From NCBI GenBank assembly GCA_018056375.1, contig JAGPFQ010000001.1:360340-424339 (forward strand): DNA of 64,000 nt. Reading direction: 5' to 3'. The position numbers and the translations under genes are program-made. This document shows positions 7,764-16,728 of this stretch, piece by piece. The notes under the pieces are model-generated. The model saw only the letters and a program-made list of their open reading frames with translations. It did no database searches and had not been told where the DNA came from. How positions within the stretch are numbered: the stretch's first letter is position 1; every line of letters begins with the position of its first letter. This DNA is from Candidatus Dojkabacteria bacterium. Lineage in GTDB: Bacteria; Patescibacteriota; Dojkabacteria; SC72.

Positions 7764-9407
7764 ATGAAGAAAAATACAGATAGAACAAAAGAAATTTTCT
7801 TAGACATTGCTTCTCTGAAAAAGTGGGATGAGAACAAATCCTTAAACAAGATTCTTAGAAACTACAAAAAAGATAATGGGTCAATATGTCGCATTGATGA
7901 GCTTGTAAAGATGTTTGAGCAAGTAAAGAAAGATTTTTCAAAAACAGATATATCTCTAATTGAAAAGAGAATTAGATTAAGACCTACTAGAACTAATTCA
8001 GGTGTAGCTGTTGTTACAGTTATGACTATGCCCTATTACTGTCCTGGTAACTGTATATTCTGCCCTAATGATAGAAGTATGCCCAAGAGCTATATTGCTT
8101 CAGAACCCGGTGCACAAAGAGCATTAAAATTAAAGTTTGATCCGTATGCACAGGTGTATAACAGGTTGGTTGCATTAAAACATATTGGTCATAATATTGA
8201 GAAGGTTGAGTTAATTATCCTAGGTGGTACATTCTCTGCATATGATGGTAACTACAAGATATGGTTTGTAAAAGAGTGCTTTAGAGCATTAAACAGAGTT
8301 AAGAAGAGTACAAAGGAATATATCCAACCAAGAGAGTTTGCAATGGAAAAGACTGATTGGGAAGATTTAGAAAAGGAGCAGATTAAGAATGAAACATCTT
8401 ATTGTAGAAATGTGGGATTAGTTCTTGAAACAAGACCTGACTTTATCACAGTTGGAGAGTTAATGTATTTAAGAAGACTTGGTGCTACAAAGATACAGAT
8501 TGGTATTCAATCTCTTTCAGACAAGGTATTGAGAGAGAATCAAACTGGAAGAGACAATGAAGATACAAAGAAGGCTTGTGAATTGTTAAGAATGTTTGGC
8601 TTTAAGATACATGGTCATTGGATGCCTAACCTCTATCTCTCTACACCTAAGCTAGATATCTCTGGATACAAAGAATTGTTTACAGAAGCATATCACCCTG
8701 ATGAGATGAAGATTTACCCTACTTCAGTAATTGAAGGTACTGAGTTGTATGACCTTTACAAAGAAGGTAAACACAAACCATATGATGAGAAGACATTGAT
8801 AAGGGTTGTTGGTGAGTGTATTGCTTCTACTCCTAGATATTGTAGACTATCCAGAGTAATTAGGGATATTCCATCTAATGAGATTGCAGCAGGAAACAAA
8901 AAAACTAATCTTAGAGAGGTTGTTGAGGAGTATTTAAGAAAGAAAGGGATTGAATCAGAAGATATTAGAAGTAGAGAGATTAAGGGTGAAGAAATTTCTA
9001 AGAATGATATTAAGTTAGAGAAAATTACATACAAGAGTACTGTAGGTACAGATATATTCATTTCATACAAGACTAAGAAGAGTGATAAGATATGTGGATT
9101 TTTGAGATTGTTTTTACCTAAGAAGGTATTAAGTAAAAAGCATAGATTAGAAGAACTACAAAACACTTCGATCATTAGAGAGGTACATGTTTATGGTAAG
9201 GTTGTAGGGATAGATAGAGAGAGTAAACAAGGAGAATCTCAACACTTAGGATTAGGTAAGGAGTTGATAAAGATAGCGGAAGATATGTCCAAAAAGAAAG
9301 GTTGTGAGAAAATTTCTGTTATATCTGCTATTGGAACTAGAGAGTATTACAAGAAGTTAGGATACAAGAGAGGTGAGTTGTATATGTACAAAACCTACAA
9401 GAACTAA
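7764..9407 (+). CDS. elp3: Elp3-family radical SAM + GNAT protein (tRNA uridine-34 modification enzyme homologue)
   Basis: Radical-SAM cluster motif YYCPGNCIFCPN (CxxxCxxC variant spacing C-x4-C-x2-C); ~547 aa; C-terminal GNAT-like segment EVHVYGKVVGIDRESKQGESQHLGLGKELIKIAEDMSKKKGCEKISVISAIGTREYYKKLGY. Confidence 0.75.
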   Translation: MKKNTDRTKEIFLDIASLKKWDENKSLNKILRNYKKDNGSICRIDELVKMFEQVKKDFSKTDISLIEKRIRLRPTRTNSGVAVVTVMTMPYYCPGNCIFCPNDRSMPKSYIASEPGAQRALKLKFDPYAQVYNRLVALKHIGHNIEKVELIILGGTFSAYDGNYKIWFVKECFRALNRVKKSTKEYIQPREFAMEKTDWEDLEKEQIKNETSYCRNVGLVLETRPDFITVGELMYLRRLGATKIQIGIQSLSDKVLRENQTGRDNEDTKKACELLRMFGFKIHGHWMPNLYLSTPKLDISGYKELFTEAYHPDEMKIYPTSVIEGTELYDLYKEGKHKPYDEKTLIRVVGECIASTPRYCRLSRVIRDIPSNEIAAGNKKTNLREVVEEYLRKKGIESEDIRSREIKGEEISKNDIKLEKITYKSTVGTDIFISYKTKKSDKICGFLRLFLPKKVLSKKHRLEELQNTSIIREVHVYGKVVGIDRESKQGESQHLGLGKELIKIAEDMSKKKGCEKISVISAIGTREYYKKLGYKRGELYMYKTYKN

Positions 9408-9446
9408 TAGACCTCATTAGCAATTTTCTAATCTTACTATGAAAAA

Positions 9447-9519
9447 TGGGTGCACAGGGACTCGAACCCTGAACCAAACGATTAAGAGTCGTTTGCTCTA
9501 CCGATTGAGCTATGCACCC
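9447..9519 (-). tRNA. tRNA-Lys (anticodon CUU); no encoded CCA
   Basis: Manual fold: acceptor GGGTGCA/TGCACCC, D-stem GCTC/GAGC, anticodon stem AACGA/TCGTT with loop CTCTTAA (U33, anticodon CTT, A37), T-stem CAGGG/CCCTG with loop TTCGAGT, discriminator A. Confidence 0.85.
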
Positions 9520-9562
9520 ATAAACAGAGAGATTATAATAATAAATAGAGTTTTTTTCAACA

Positions 9563-12013
9563 CTATTTAGAATCACTCTTCCTCTTCACTACCAAATTAG
9601 GAGCAAGTACAGAACTCTTATCTAAAGTTACAGAAATATTCTTGTATTCCTCCTCATTAACTAATACATAATTTGGATTCGATACCGTGATAGTATAACT
9701 ACCTCTATCTACTAGGAATCTATATCTCCCAGACTTGTCGGTAACTCTAGTAGCAACAATATTTTCGAATTCACTATCTAAAAGCGAAAGAACTAAACCT
9801 GATATCAACTTACCTTCCTCATCTTTAACAACACCATACTTTTCTTTCTTAGTTCTAAAAGATAGTATCAGTAAAACTAAGGAAGGAATGTAAAGGAAAA
9901 GAACCAAGTATGTCCACCAAACAGGGTTAATTTTTACTGCATAAATACTAAATATTAACCCTACCAAGAAGAGAATTAAATGTAAAACTCTCCAGATCCA
10001 CTTAGTTCTAGAAAGAAACATTTGACTAAACCTCTCTTTCTTCGTTGCTTTCTCAGAATCTAGAGGTATAGAGAACTTAGGAATAAATCTATTTAAAACT
10101 GAGAATATACCACCCCTATATACATTCTCTAATGGATAATCAGATGTACCTGTAATTACAGAGGAAGGGAAAGAGTAACCATTGGCATTTATACTAATAT
10201 AATAGCTCCCATTCTCAACCTCCGGAGTCTTGTATCTACCATGTGCATCCGTAACATCTGTCCAAATTAACTTACCATCCTTTGTATAGACTCTAACAAT
10301 AACTTGTTTAAGAGGATCTTTTGTAATTGAGTCATAAACATAACCAGAGATTGTTCCAACAGACCTAAAACCAAAGAAACTTAAGATAGCCAAAGAACTT
10401 TGAATAATAAAGTATGGCACTGAACCCAAGAGATTTAAAACCATACTCATACCCAGTGTAACATTAGCTAAGGTTGCTCCAACTGCCACAGTTTCAACTT
10501 CCTCTTGCTCTAATTGACCAATAGTACTATCAATTATTTTTTCAACTGTTTCTGCTATTGGTTTTGTAATATTCTTAGTTGTCCATTCGATAACCTTCTT
10601 TATAGGAGGTTTCTCTGGCTCTTTATCTTCAATTGGTATCTCTGGTTCTGGCTCTTCTTCTTTCTCTTTAATCTCTGTCATACCTAATACCCATTCACTC
10701 TCCATTCCATTTTTATCTATACCTTTTACTCGAATATACCAATTACCTATGGCAAGAGGAGATGATGGTGTAAAGGAATTCTGATCTATTCTGACAGAAT
10801 TTTCTTCACAGTTAGAGAAATCTTCATTTTGACACCATTCCACAATATATTCTGTGACAACATTTCCATCCTTATCATACGAAGGGACCCATGTCCAAGT
10901 TGGTGTGTCTGTATACCCTTCAGATATCACTACTGGTTCTCCAGGCTTTGTTGGCGGAGTTTCAGGTTCTGGTGTTGGGAAGCTTACACTAGCGGAATTA
11001 TCCCAACTTTTGTTACCAACATTATCTTCTGCTTCAACATAGAAGCTATATGCTGAGAACAGGTCTTCATTTTCATCTTTTGGTAAATCACCTAATCTAA
11101 TTTTAATTGTCCATACATCACCATTAAGAACATCTGTATATGGAACAGTAACCTTCTGACCGTTTGGTAAAATTACTTCAATACTTCTTGAAACAACTGC
11201 AATATTATCAACAATTCTGTATGTTAAAGAAACAAGAGAATCTGGATTAAATATAGTAGTTGTTGCTCCAGGAGGTTTCGATGTATTGATTAATGTTATC
11301 TGTGGTGCACTTGCCTCCTGTACAGAATATACACTATTTGACCATACACTCTCCCCAGACCATTGATTTCTAGCTTTCACTCGATAGTAATATATCTGAC
11401 CACTAGAAAGACCACTAAAGGTTGTAGATATACCACTTATCCACCCACTACTATTGTGTATAGTGGAAAAGTTTGGTTCTGTGCTTACTTCAACATAGTA
11501 TTGATATGCATTTGTACCTGTAATTCCCCAAGAAACTGTATTCTCAGTACCTGCAGTATATTGAGGCTCTGCAGCCATAACAGGTACTGCAACCGGAGTC
11601 ACATAGAGCATCTCACATTTTTGAATTTGAACACTAATACCTCCAGTAATATCTCTTGCACAAACTCTGTAAGTGCCAGCTACAATAGCACTTACACTTC
11701 CTTCTGTAGCACCATTAATATCTGTATTAGGAGGTTGAACAATGGTCACATTCACAGCTGAGCCATCTATAAATATCTCTATTTCCCTGTTTGGTCTAGG
11801 TTGCATGTTAGAGTCATAAGACCTTATTAAAACAACAGATGGTTGAGAAATCTCAACATTTTGAGGACTCAAACTCAGTTGAGAATATACATCAACACCA
11901 ACTATCACTTCTGTTGGGATACTAATAGTACTGTAAGCAAAAGAAAAAGTATTTAAAAGTAAGAAAGAAAGAAGAAAAAAACAAATTGTCATTAGAGCAG
12001 TCTTAAATTTCAT
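9563..12013 (-). CDS. Large surface protein (816 aa): signal peptide, Ig/FN3-like beta-sandwich region, internal multi-TM segment, two carboxypeptidase-regulatory-like (CarbopepD_reg/Cna-B-like) beta-sandwich domains
   Basis: N-terminal MKFKTALMTICFFLLSFLLLNTFSFA signal; repeated beta-rich segments; two hydrophobic clusters (VAVGATLANVTLGMSMVLNLLGSVPYFIIQSSLAILSFFGF and WIWRVLHLILFLVGLIFSIYAV...LVLFLYIPSLVLLILSF) each followed by a GxYxxxV-type beta domain. Confidence 0.65.
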   Translation of the reverse strand: MKFKTALMTICFFLLSFLLLNTFSFAYSTISIPTEVIVGVDVYSQLSLSPQNVEISQPSVVLIRSYDSNMQPRPNREIEIFIDGSAVNVTIVQPPNTDINGATEGSVSAIVAGTYRVCARDITGGISVQIQKCEMLYVTPVAVPVMAAEPQYTAGTENTVSWGITGTNAYQYYVEVSTEPNFSTIHNSSGWISGISTTFSGLSSGQIYYYRVKARNQWSGESVWSNSVYSVQEASAPQITLINTSKPPGATTTIFNPDSLVSLTYRIVDNIAVVSRSIEVILPNGQKVTVPYTDVLNGDVWTIKIRLGDLPKDENEDLFSAYSFYVEAEDNVGNKSWDNSASVSFPTPEPETPPTKPGEPVVISEGYTDTPTWTWVPSYDKDGNVVTEYIVEWCQNEDFSNCEENSVRIDQNSFTPSSPLAIGNWYIRVKGIDKNGMESEWVLGMTEIKEKEEEPEPEIPIEDKEPEKPPIKKVIEWTTKNITKPIAETVEKIIDSTIGQLEQEEVETVAVGATLANVTLGMSMVLNLLGSVPYFIIQSSLAILSFFGFRSVGTISGYVYDSITKDPLKQVIVRVYTKDGKLIWTDVTDAHGRYKTPEVENGSYYISINANGYSFPSSVITGTSDYPLENVYRGGIFSVLNRFIPKFSIPLDSEKATKKERFSQMFLSRTKWIWRVLHLILFLVGLIFSIYAVKINPVWWTYLVLFLYIPSLVLLILSFRTKKEKYGVVKDEEGKLISGLVLSLLDSEFENIVATRVTDKSGRYRFLVDRGSYTITVSNPNYVLVNEEEYKNISVTLDKSSVLAPNLVVKRKSDSK

Positions 12014-12621
12014 TATATTTCTTCAACTATTTTCTTAATATACCTATCTAAGGCATCTGTAAAAATCTTAGAGTTGTAAGGACTCTCTCCTAAGTACTCT
12101 GCCTTGTATATACTGTAACAATTTTCACAAACAAGTGCAAAGTTTTTTCTATCCAAATACCCAATATTCTCACTAGAATTACAATATTTACAATGATTAA
12201 AATCCACTAAAAAACCCATCTCTCTTAAAAAGATTAATCTCAACCTATTAACAGATTCTAAATCAAGACCTTTTTTGATAGCACTTTGTAGAGCATCAAA
12301 CAATTTGGGATATGAATCATATTCTTGTAAGAAGTGATTAAGAAGAAACAAAACTCTACGAATATTTTCAACATGAATATTATCAAAATCAAGAATTTGT
12401 ACTAATTCCGATTCTGTAAGTAACGGCATTCCTTTACCTTCATAAAAAGATATCTTACTTGTACTCAAAGTCTGAACATTGCCTCTGTTCTTACTATTAA
12501 TTTTTCTAATACCTTTAGCAAAAAGGGTAAACTTACCTCTCTCTCTTCCAAAAACAGTAAGCACCTTATCCGCTTCCGAGTAATTCACCGATTTTATTAC
12601 CGTTACAATATCCCTACTCAT
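12013..12621 (-). CDS. recO: DNA repair protein RecO
   Basis: N-terminal OB-fold-like region (GIVLKSxxYxExD-type pattern: VIKSVNYSEADKVLTVFGRERGK) and a C-terminal zinc-finger CKYC...CENC, as in RecO. Confidence 0.65.
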   Translation of the reverse strand: MSRDIVTVIKSVNYSEADKVLTVFGRERGKFTLFAKGIRKINSKNRGNVQTLSTSKISFYEGKGMPLLTESELVQILDFDNIHVENIRRVLFLLNHFLQEYDSYPKLFDALQSAIKKGLDLESVNRLRLIFLREMGFLVDFNHCKYCNSSENIGYLDRKNFALVCENCYSIYKAEYLGESPYNSKIFTDALDRYIKKIVEEI

Positions 12622-13270
12622 ATGCTCCCTCCCTACTTAACACAATTTTAGGAGTTTTAAGAAGAATCTTTAAGTCTGTAAGAAAGTTTAAGTTTCTTGC
12701 ATATGTTGCTTCCATAGCTAATCTTTCATGAAGAGAGATATCATTCCTACCAGAAACTTGCCATATACCAGTTATACCAGGACTTACTCTAAAAATATAT
12801 TTAAGATGTTGTTTATCCTTTGGGTATTGTTTCAAATGTGCCTCTATCTCCGTTTTGTATGTAGGTCTAGGACCAACAAGAGACATTTGACCAATTAAAA
12901 CATTAAGCAGTTGAGGTAATTCATCCATATCCGTTTTCCTAAGAATCTTCCCTATCCATGTAATTCTAGAATCTTCATCAACTTTTAGTTTGTTACCATT
13001 CTTTTTCCACTTCTCCTTTAATCTCCCATACTTAGGATTTTCTAACAACTCTCTGTGAGCATTAGGAATCATTGTTCTAAACTTAAACATTCTAAATTCT
13101 TTACCACCATATCCGTGTCTAAGAGGTTCTTTTACAAAAATATTCTTACCATCAGTGCAAAAGATTAATATTGAAACAAAAAGAAGTAAAGGTAAAAAGA
13201 TGATTAGAAGAGAAAGGGATAGAATTACATCCAACACTCTTTTAACTACTTTGTATGGTATCCCTGACAT
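12614..13270 (-). CDS. Polyprenyl-phosphate sugar-1-phosphate transferase (bacterial sugar transferase, small PGT type)
   Basis: KRVLDVILSLSLLIIFLPLLLFVSILIF...KEFRMFKFRTM...DELPQLLNVLIGQMSLVGPRP is the hallmark of WbaP/PglC-type transferases. Start set at Met MSGIPYK (13270); the track ORF extends to 13402, overlapping the upstream gene. Confidence 0.85.
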   Translation of the reverse strand: MSGIPYKVVKRVLDVILSLSLLIIFLPLLLFVSILIFCTDGKNIFVKEPLRHGYGGKEFRMFKFRTMIPNAHRELLENPKYGRLKEKWKKNGNKLKVDEDSRITWIGKILRKTDMDELPQLLNVLIGQMSLVGPRPTYKTEIEAHLKQYPKDKQHLKYIFRVSPGITGIWQVSGRNDISLHERLAMEATYARNLNFLTDLKILLKTPKIVLSREGAYE

Positions 13271-14426
13271 AGTTTTGTAACTTGTATACAAATATTTCCG
13301 ATGCAAAGTTTTGCGCCTGTTTTCTACAATTATCTTGTGTGTATTTTTCTGGTTTGAAGTTTTTAAGAACTTTGACAAGGGAGTCAACTGTGTACTCTTC
13401 AAAGAATACTCCTGTTGCAGGATTTTCTTCTGATATTGTTTCCATTACACCCCCATCTTTGTACGCAATGACAGGTGTACCAAAAGCATTGGCTTCAACA
13501 GGTACCAAACCAAAATCCTCACCCCTAATTGGAAGAATCAATGCTCTGGCTTTACTCATAAGGTCATATTTCTCCTCCTCTGAAACAAAACCTAGGAACT
13601 TTACAATACCTTTCGCACCTAATTTATCAACAAGTTCTTTCATAGCTTCTAAGTCCTGTCCTGCTCCAGCAATTTTAAGTGGTAGATCTAACCTATCACA
13701 AGCTTTAATTGCAAGATGTACTCCTTTGTATCTCTCAACCCGACCAAGATAGAGATACCAATTCTCCTTTCTGTTAACTTTTGGATGTTTCAAAATTTTA
13801 TCAACTTCAACAGGTGGGTATATTACATCTGAGTCACATCCATAGAATTTCTTTATTCTCTTCTTAACCACTTTTGAGTTAGCAATTATCCTGGTACATT
13901 TCCTTGCTGCATTTCTATCCCACTTTTGCCATAGCCTTTCAAGAAATGTATCCATGAAAAACGAATATATCGAGAAGAACACCTTGTTTATCCCACTCAT
14001 CTGCTCTTTACTCTTAAGAGTCCTATCATCTTTCTGCCAAAAGAATTTTGGAGGAGTTAAACAATCATCTATATGTGGAACTCCATCTGTATGTGCAAAT
14101 TTAGCAAAGTGAGATGAGAGAGAAACAATTACATCAAAATCTTTAAAGTTAAAACTTTTATATGCCAAAGGATTAAGCAGGAGATAGAGATACCTCAATT
14201 TATCCTTCCAAGGAAGGTATTGCATAAATGAGTGGTGCACTTTTACATCTTTAAATTCTTTCTTAACAAGTTCTTCATCATAATATGCAGTAAAGAGTTC
14301 TGAATTAGGAAAAGCTTCAAGAATGTACTTCAAGTGTAGTTCTGCTCCACCCCATTTGTAGAGAGGTTCACAAACTACTGCTACTTTAATATCTTTAACC
14401 CTGTCTCCTTGTCCTTTCTTTTTCAT
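13242..14426 (-). CDS. Glycosyltransferase family 4 (GT-B, retaining)
   Basis: EDFGLVPVEANAFGTPVIAYKDGGVMETI (E-x7-E GT4 motif). Confidence 0.8.
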   Translation of the reverse strand: MKKKGQGDRVKDIKVAVVCEPLYKWGGAELHLKYILEAFPNSELFTAYYDEELVKKEFKDVKVHHSFMQYLPWKDKLRYLYLLLNPLAYKSFNFKDFDVIVSLSSHFAKFAHTDGVPHIDDCLTPPKFFWQKDDRTLKSKEQMSGINKVFFSIYSFFMDTFLERLWQKWDRNAARKCTRIIANSKVVKKRIKKFYGCDSDVIYPPVEVDKILKHPKVNRKENWYLYLGRVERYKGVHLAIKACDRLDLPLKIAGAGQDLEAMKELVDKLGAKGIVKFLGFVSEEEKYDLMSKARALILPIRGEDFGLVPVEANAFGTPVIAYKDGGVMETISEENPATGVFFEEYTVDSLVKVLKNFKPEKYTQDNCRKQAQNFASEIFVYKLQNYVRDTIQSS

Positions 14427-15576
14427 AGATTTCTGTAAGATAGTTAGTAAAATTAATTAAGAAACTCTCTTCATTAAAAGTCTGCGCATGCTCTATAATC
14501 TCTTTCTCATTATACCCCCTTTTATTATAATTCTTAAGTAACTGTACCAATTCTTCTTCGTTCATGAAAAACTCCCCAGTCACACCCTTCTTTACAGTCT
14601 CCAATACACCACCATATCCGTACGCAAATATTGGTGTCCCACTCGCCATCGCTTCAACTGGTACTAAACCAAAATCTTCAATCCCACAAAAGAGCAAAAC
14701 CTTAGCCATACTATACAATGCTTGAACTTCTTCATCCTTAATGAATCCTAAAAACTGTATATTTTTATACCCTCTTGCAACTTTTTCTAAATATCTTCTA
14801 TCAGGACCCTCCCCTACAATTACTAAATTATCTCCACTTTCAATACATGATCGTATTGCCCAATCCACTCTCTTGTAGTCATATAGCCTTGAAACAACTA
14901 AAACAAAATCTTCAGGAATGAAAAATTTCTCCTTGGTATCTTTAATAAATCTTTCACCTTCCTTCGTTTCTTTTAATTGTTTAAAATATTTCTCTTCTAC
15001 ACCTGGATATATTACTCGTGCATCTACTCCATATGTCTTCTTTATCTTCTGTGCAATGAATTTTGAATTTGCACTCCAATAGTCAACTCTTTTAGCAATA
15101 CTAACATCCCAAACTCTAAGGTATGTGTTAAGAATATGGGAGAGAGGCTTGTAAAGCCATTTTAGTGTAGATCCCCTTACATTCAATTCATTATCCCAAA
15201 GACTTCTAGGTGGTGTCATAACCATAGCTAGGTGTGGTTGGTCTACTCCTGTAATCACTGACTTGGCTGGACCTGCTGATATACTAATTACTAAATCATA
15301 TCCCCTTAAATCGAATCCTTCATATGCAAAAGGATTTAATACTTTAAGATGTCTATGGAATTTCTTCCCAAACACCTTAACCCACTTTTGTACAAATGAT
15401 GTATATACTTTGTTTTTCAGAGTTGGATATTTCTCTTTGTAGAAAAGAACTGTATATATATCTGCATCTGGGAATACTTTCAACATTGAATACATCTCCC
15501 TATCTGCACCACCAAAGGATGTCATCTGGTCTGCTACAACTGCTACCTTGGGAAATTTGTTGTGTAGATTATACAT
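14395..15576 (-). CDS. Glycosyltransferase family 4 (paralogue of the previous gene)
   Basis: EDFGLVPVEAMASGTPIFAYGYGGVLETV; similar overall layout to the neighbouring gene. Confidence 0.8.
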   Translation of the reverse strand: MYNLHNKFPKVAVVADQMTSFGGADREMYSMLKVFPDADIYTVLFYKEKYPTLKNKVYTSFVQKWVKVFGKKFHRHLKVLNPFAYEGFDLRGYDLVISISAGPAKSVITGVDQPHLAMVMTPPRSLWDNELNVRGSTLKWLYKPLSHILNTYLRVWDVSIAKRVDYWSANSKFIAQKIKKTYGVDARVIYPGVEEKYFKQLKETKEGERFIKDTKEKFFIPEDFVLVVSRLYDYKRVDWAIRSCIESGDNLVIVGEGPDRRYLEKVARGYKNIQFLGFIKDEEVQALYSMAKVLLFCGIEDFGLVPVEAMASGTPIFAYGYGGVLETVKKGVTGEFFMNEEELVQLLKNYNKRGYNEKEIIEHAQTFNEESFLINFTNYLTEIYEKERTRRQG

Positions 15577-15621
15577 GCGATATTATACCTTAGAAGAATG
15601 GTAAAGGCATCTGTTGTATAA

Positions 15622-15936
15622 TTGTGTGTTATGAGCAGGAAATTTAAATCTAGAAAAGAAGACTTCATATGTGCTAATTGCAATACTCCCGTTAAAGGAG
15701 ATGGGTATACCGATCATTGTCCAAAATGTCTTTACTCTAAACATGTTGATATTAATCCTGGTGATAGAGAGTGTAAATGTGAAGGATTGATGAAACCTAT
15801 TGCTGCCGAAGTTAAGAAAGACATCTTTAGAATATATTACAGATGCGAAAGTTGTGGCTACAAACACAGAGTAAGGAGTTCACCTAATGACAATTTTGAA
15901 GTAATACTAGAACTTCTTAAAAAGCCTATTGTTTAG
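15622..15936 (+). CDS. Small zinc-ribbon protein (four Cys pairs; RNHCP-like)
   Basis: CANC...HCPKC...CKC...CESC arrangement; 104 aa. Confidence 0.45.
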   Translation: MCVMSRKFKSRKEDFICANCNTPVKGDGYTDHCPKCLYSKHVDINPGDRECKCEGLMKPIAAEVKKDIFRIYYRCESCGYKHRVRSSPNDNFEVILELLKKPIV

Positions 15937-15940
15937 AAAC

Positions 15941-16492
15941 CTAGATAATGGAATCGATATATTCCTGAACTTGTTTCTTTAACTCTTCAAAAGTTCCATT
16001 GTTTAAAACAAAATGGTCTGCAATTGCGATAGGACCTGCTGTCTCGGTATTCTCAATCTGGGAATAATCCCTACTTGTAACTTCCTCATCTGTCAAAGGT
16101 CTGTGTGGTCTGTTTTTTAATCTCTCAGCTCTCAAGTCTCGATCTGTTACAACTGCTAGTAGTTTGAAACTATCTTTGTATATCTCCTTAAGGTATTTAT
16201 ACTCACTCCATGAGTAGAGGCTCTCAACTACAACATTCTTACCTTCCTCATATGCCTTCTTTATCTTAGGTTCACTCTTTTTAGCATATATCGCCATATC
16301 ATTTGTTGATCTCAATTCTTCTCTTATTACTCTCTCATTCTCTTCAGTAATCTCCATATTTCTCTTCTTCAGTTCATCAAAAGTAACATCTCCGAAGTAT
16401 ACCTTTTCAAATTTGTTCTCAACAAACATATTCGTAACTTCTGATTTACCAGCACCACAAAGACCTACTACTGCTACTATTATATTTTTCAT
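15941..16492 (-). CDS. P-loop nucleotide/nucleoside kinase-like protein (dephospho-CoA-kinase/UPF0200-like fold)
   Basis: Walker A VAVVGLCGAGKSEV at the N-terminus; ~183 aa, kinase-like size. Confidence 0.55.
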   Translation of the reverse strand: MKNIIVAVVGLCGAGKSEVTNMFVENKFEKVYFGDVTFDELKKRNMEITEENERVIREELRSTNDMAIYAKKSEPKIKKAYEEGKNVVVESLYSWSEYKYLKEIYKDSFKLLAVVTDRDLRAERLKNRPHRPLTDEEVTSRDYSQIENTETAGPIAIADHFVLNNGTFEELKKQVQEYIDSII

Positions 16493-16532
16493 ACTTATTA
16501 GAAATTAGTTTAGATATTAATTATTATAACAC

Positions 16533-16702
16533 GGTTCCCTTATCAATTTTAACTGTCTAGGAGAGGACTATATGTGTTTTTGAGACAATATTTAACTTAC
16601 TAGAAGACATGCAACTTTCCTTCTACAACTTATAGCATATTAACTAATCGTAACAAAACACATATAGTCTTTGGTATATAAAGGAAAATTGATAAGGGAA
16701 CC
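16533..16702. repeat. ~170-nt imperfect long inverted repeat / candidate structured RNA or MITE-like element: 18-bp perfect stem (16533-16550 / 16685-16702), 15x15-nt internal bubble, second 15-bp perfect stem (16566-16580 / 16655-16669), 74-nt apical region with its own small hairpin (TAGAAG 16601-16606 / CTTCTA 16620-16625)
   Basis: GGTTCCCTTATCAATTTT...GACTATATGTGTTTT...AAAACACATATAGTC...AAAATTGATAAGGGAACC read directly; the arms are exact reverse complements. Confidence 0.6.
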
Positions 16703-16728
16703 TGAACTGAAATAAATTAAAGTTCAGG
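16701..16728 (-). terminator. Hairpin CCTGAACT-N12-AGTTCAGG overlapping the stop codon of the 16717-17244 gene; possible intrinsic terminator
   Basis: 8-bp perfect stem. On the minus strand it is followed by a moderately U-rich tract (ttcccttatcaatttt); however that sequence is itself one arm of the large inverted repeat. Confidence 0.3.

Noticed and set aside
9337-9576. 79-aa minus-strand ORF
   Set aside because: It overlaps the tRNA-Lys gene on the same strand; no protein-like features.
12614-13402. Long N-terminal extension of the sugar-transferase ORF
   Set aside because: The first 44 codons overlap the upstream GT4 gene by 160 nt and lack similarity to PGT N-termini. The start was moved to Met at 13270.
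16701-16728. 8-bp stem hairpin as a strong intrinsic terminator
   Set aside because: The downstream U-tract on the minus strand is imperfect and is itself part of the large inverted-repeat element. Kept only as a low-confidence terminator.
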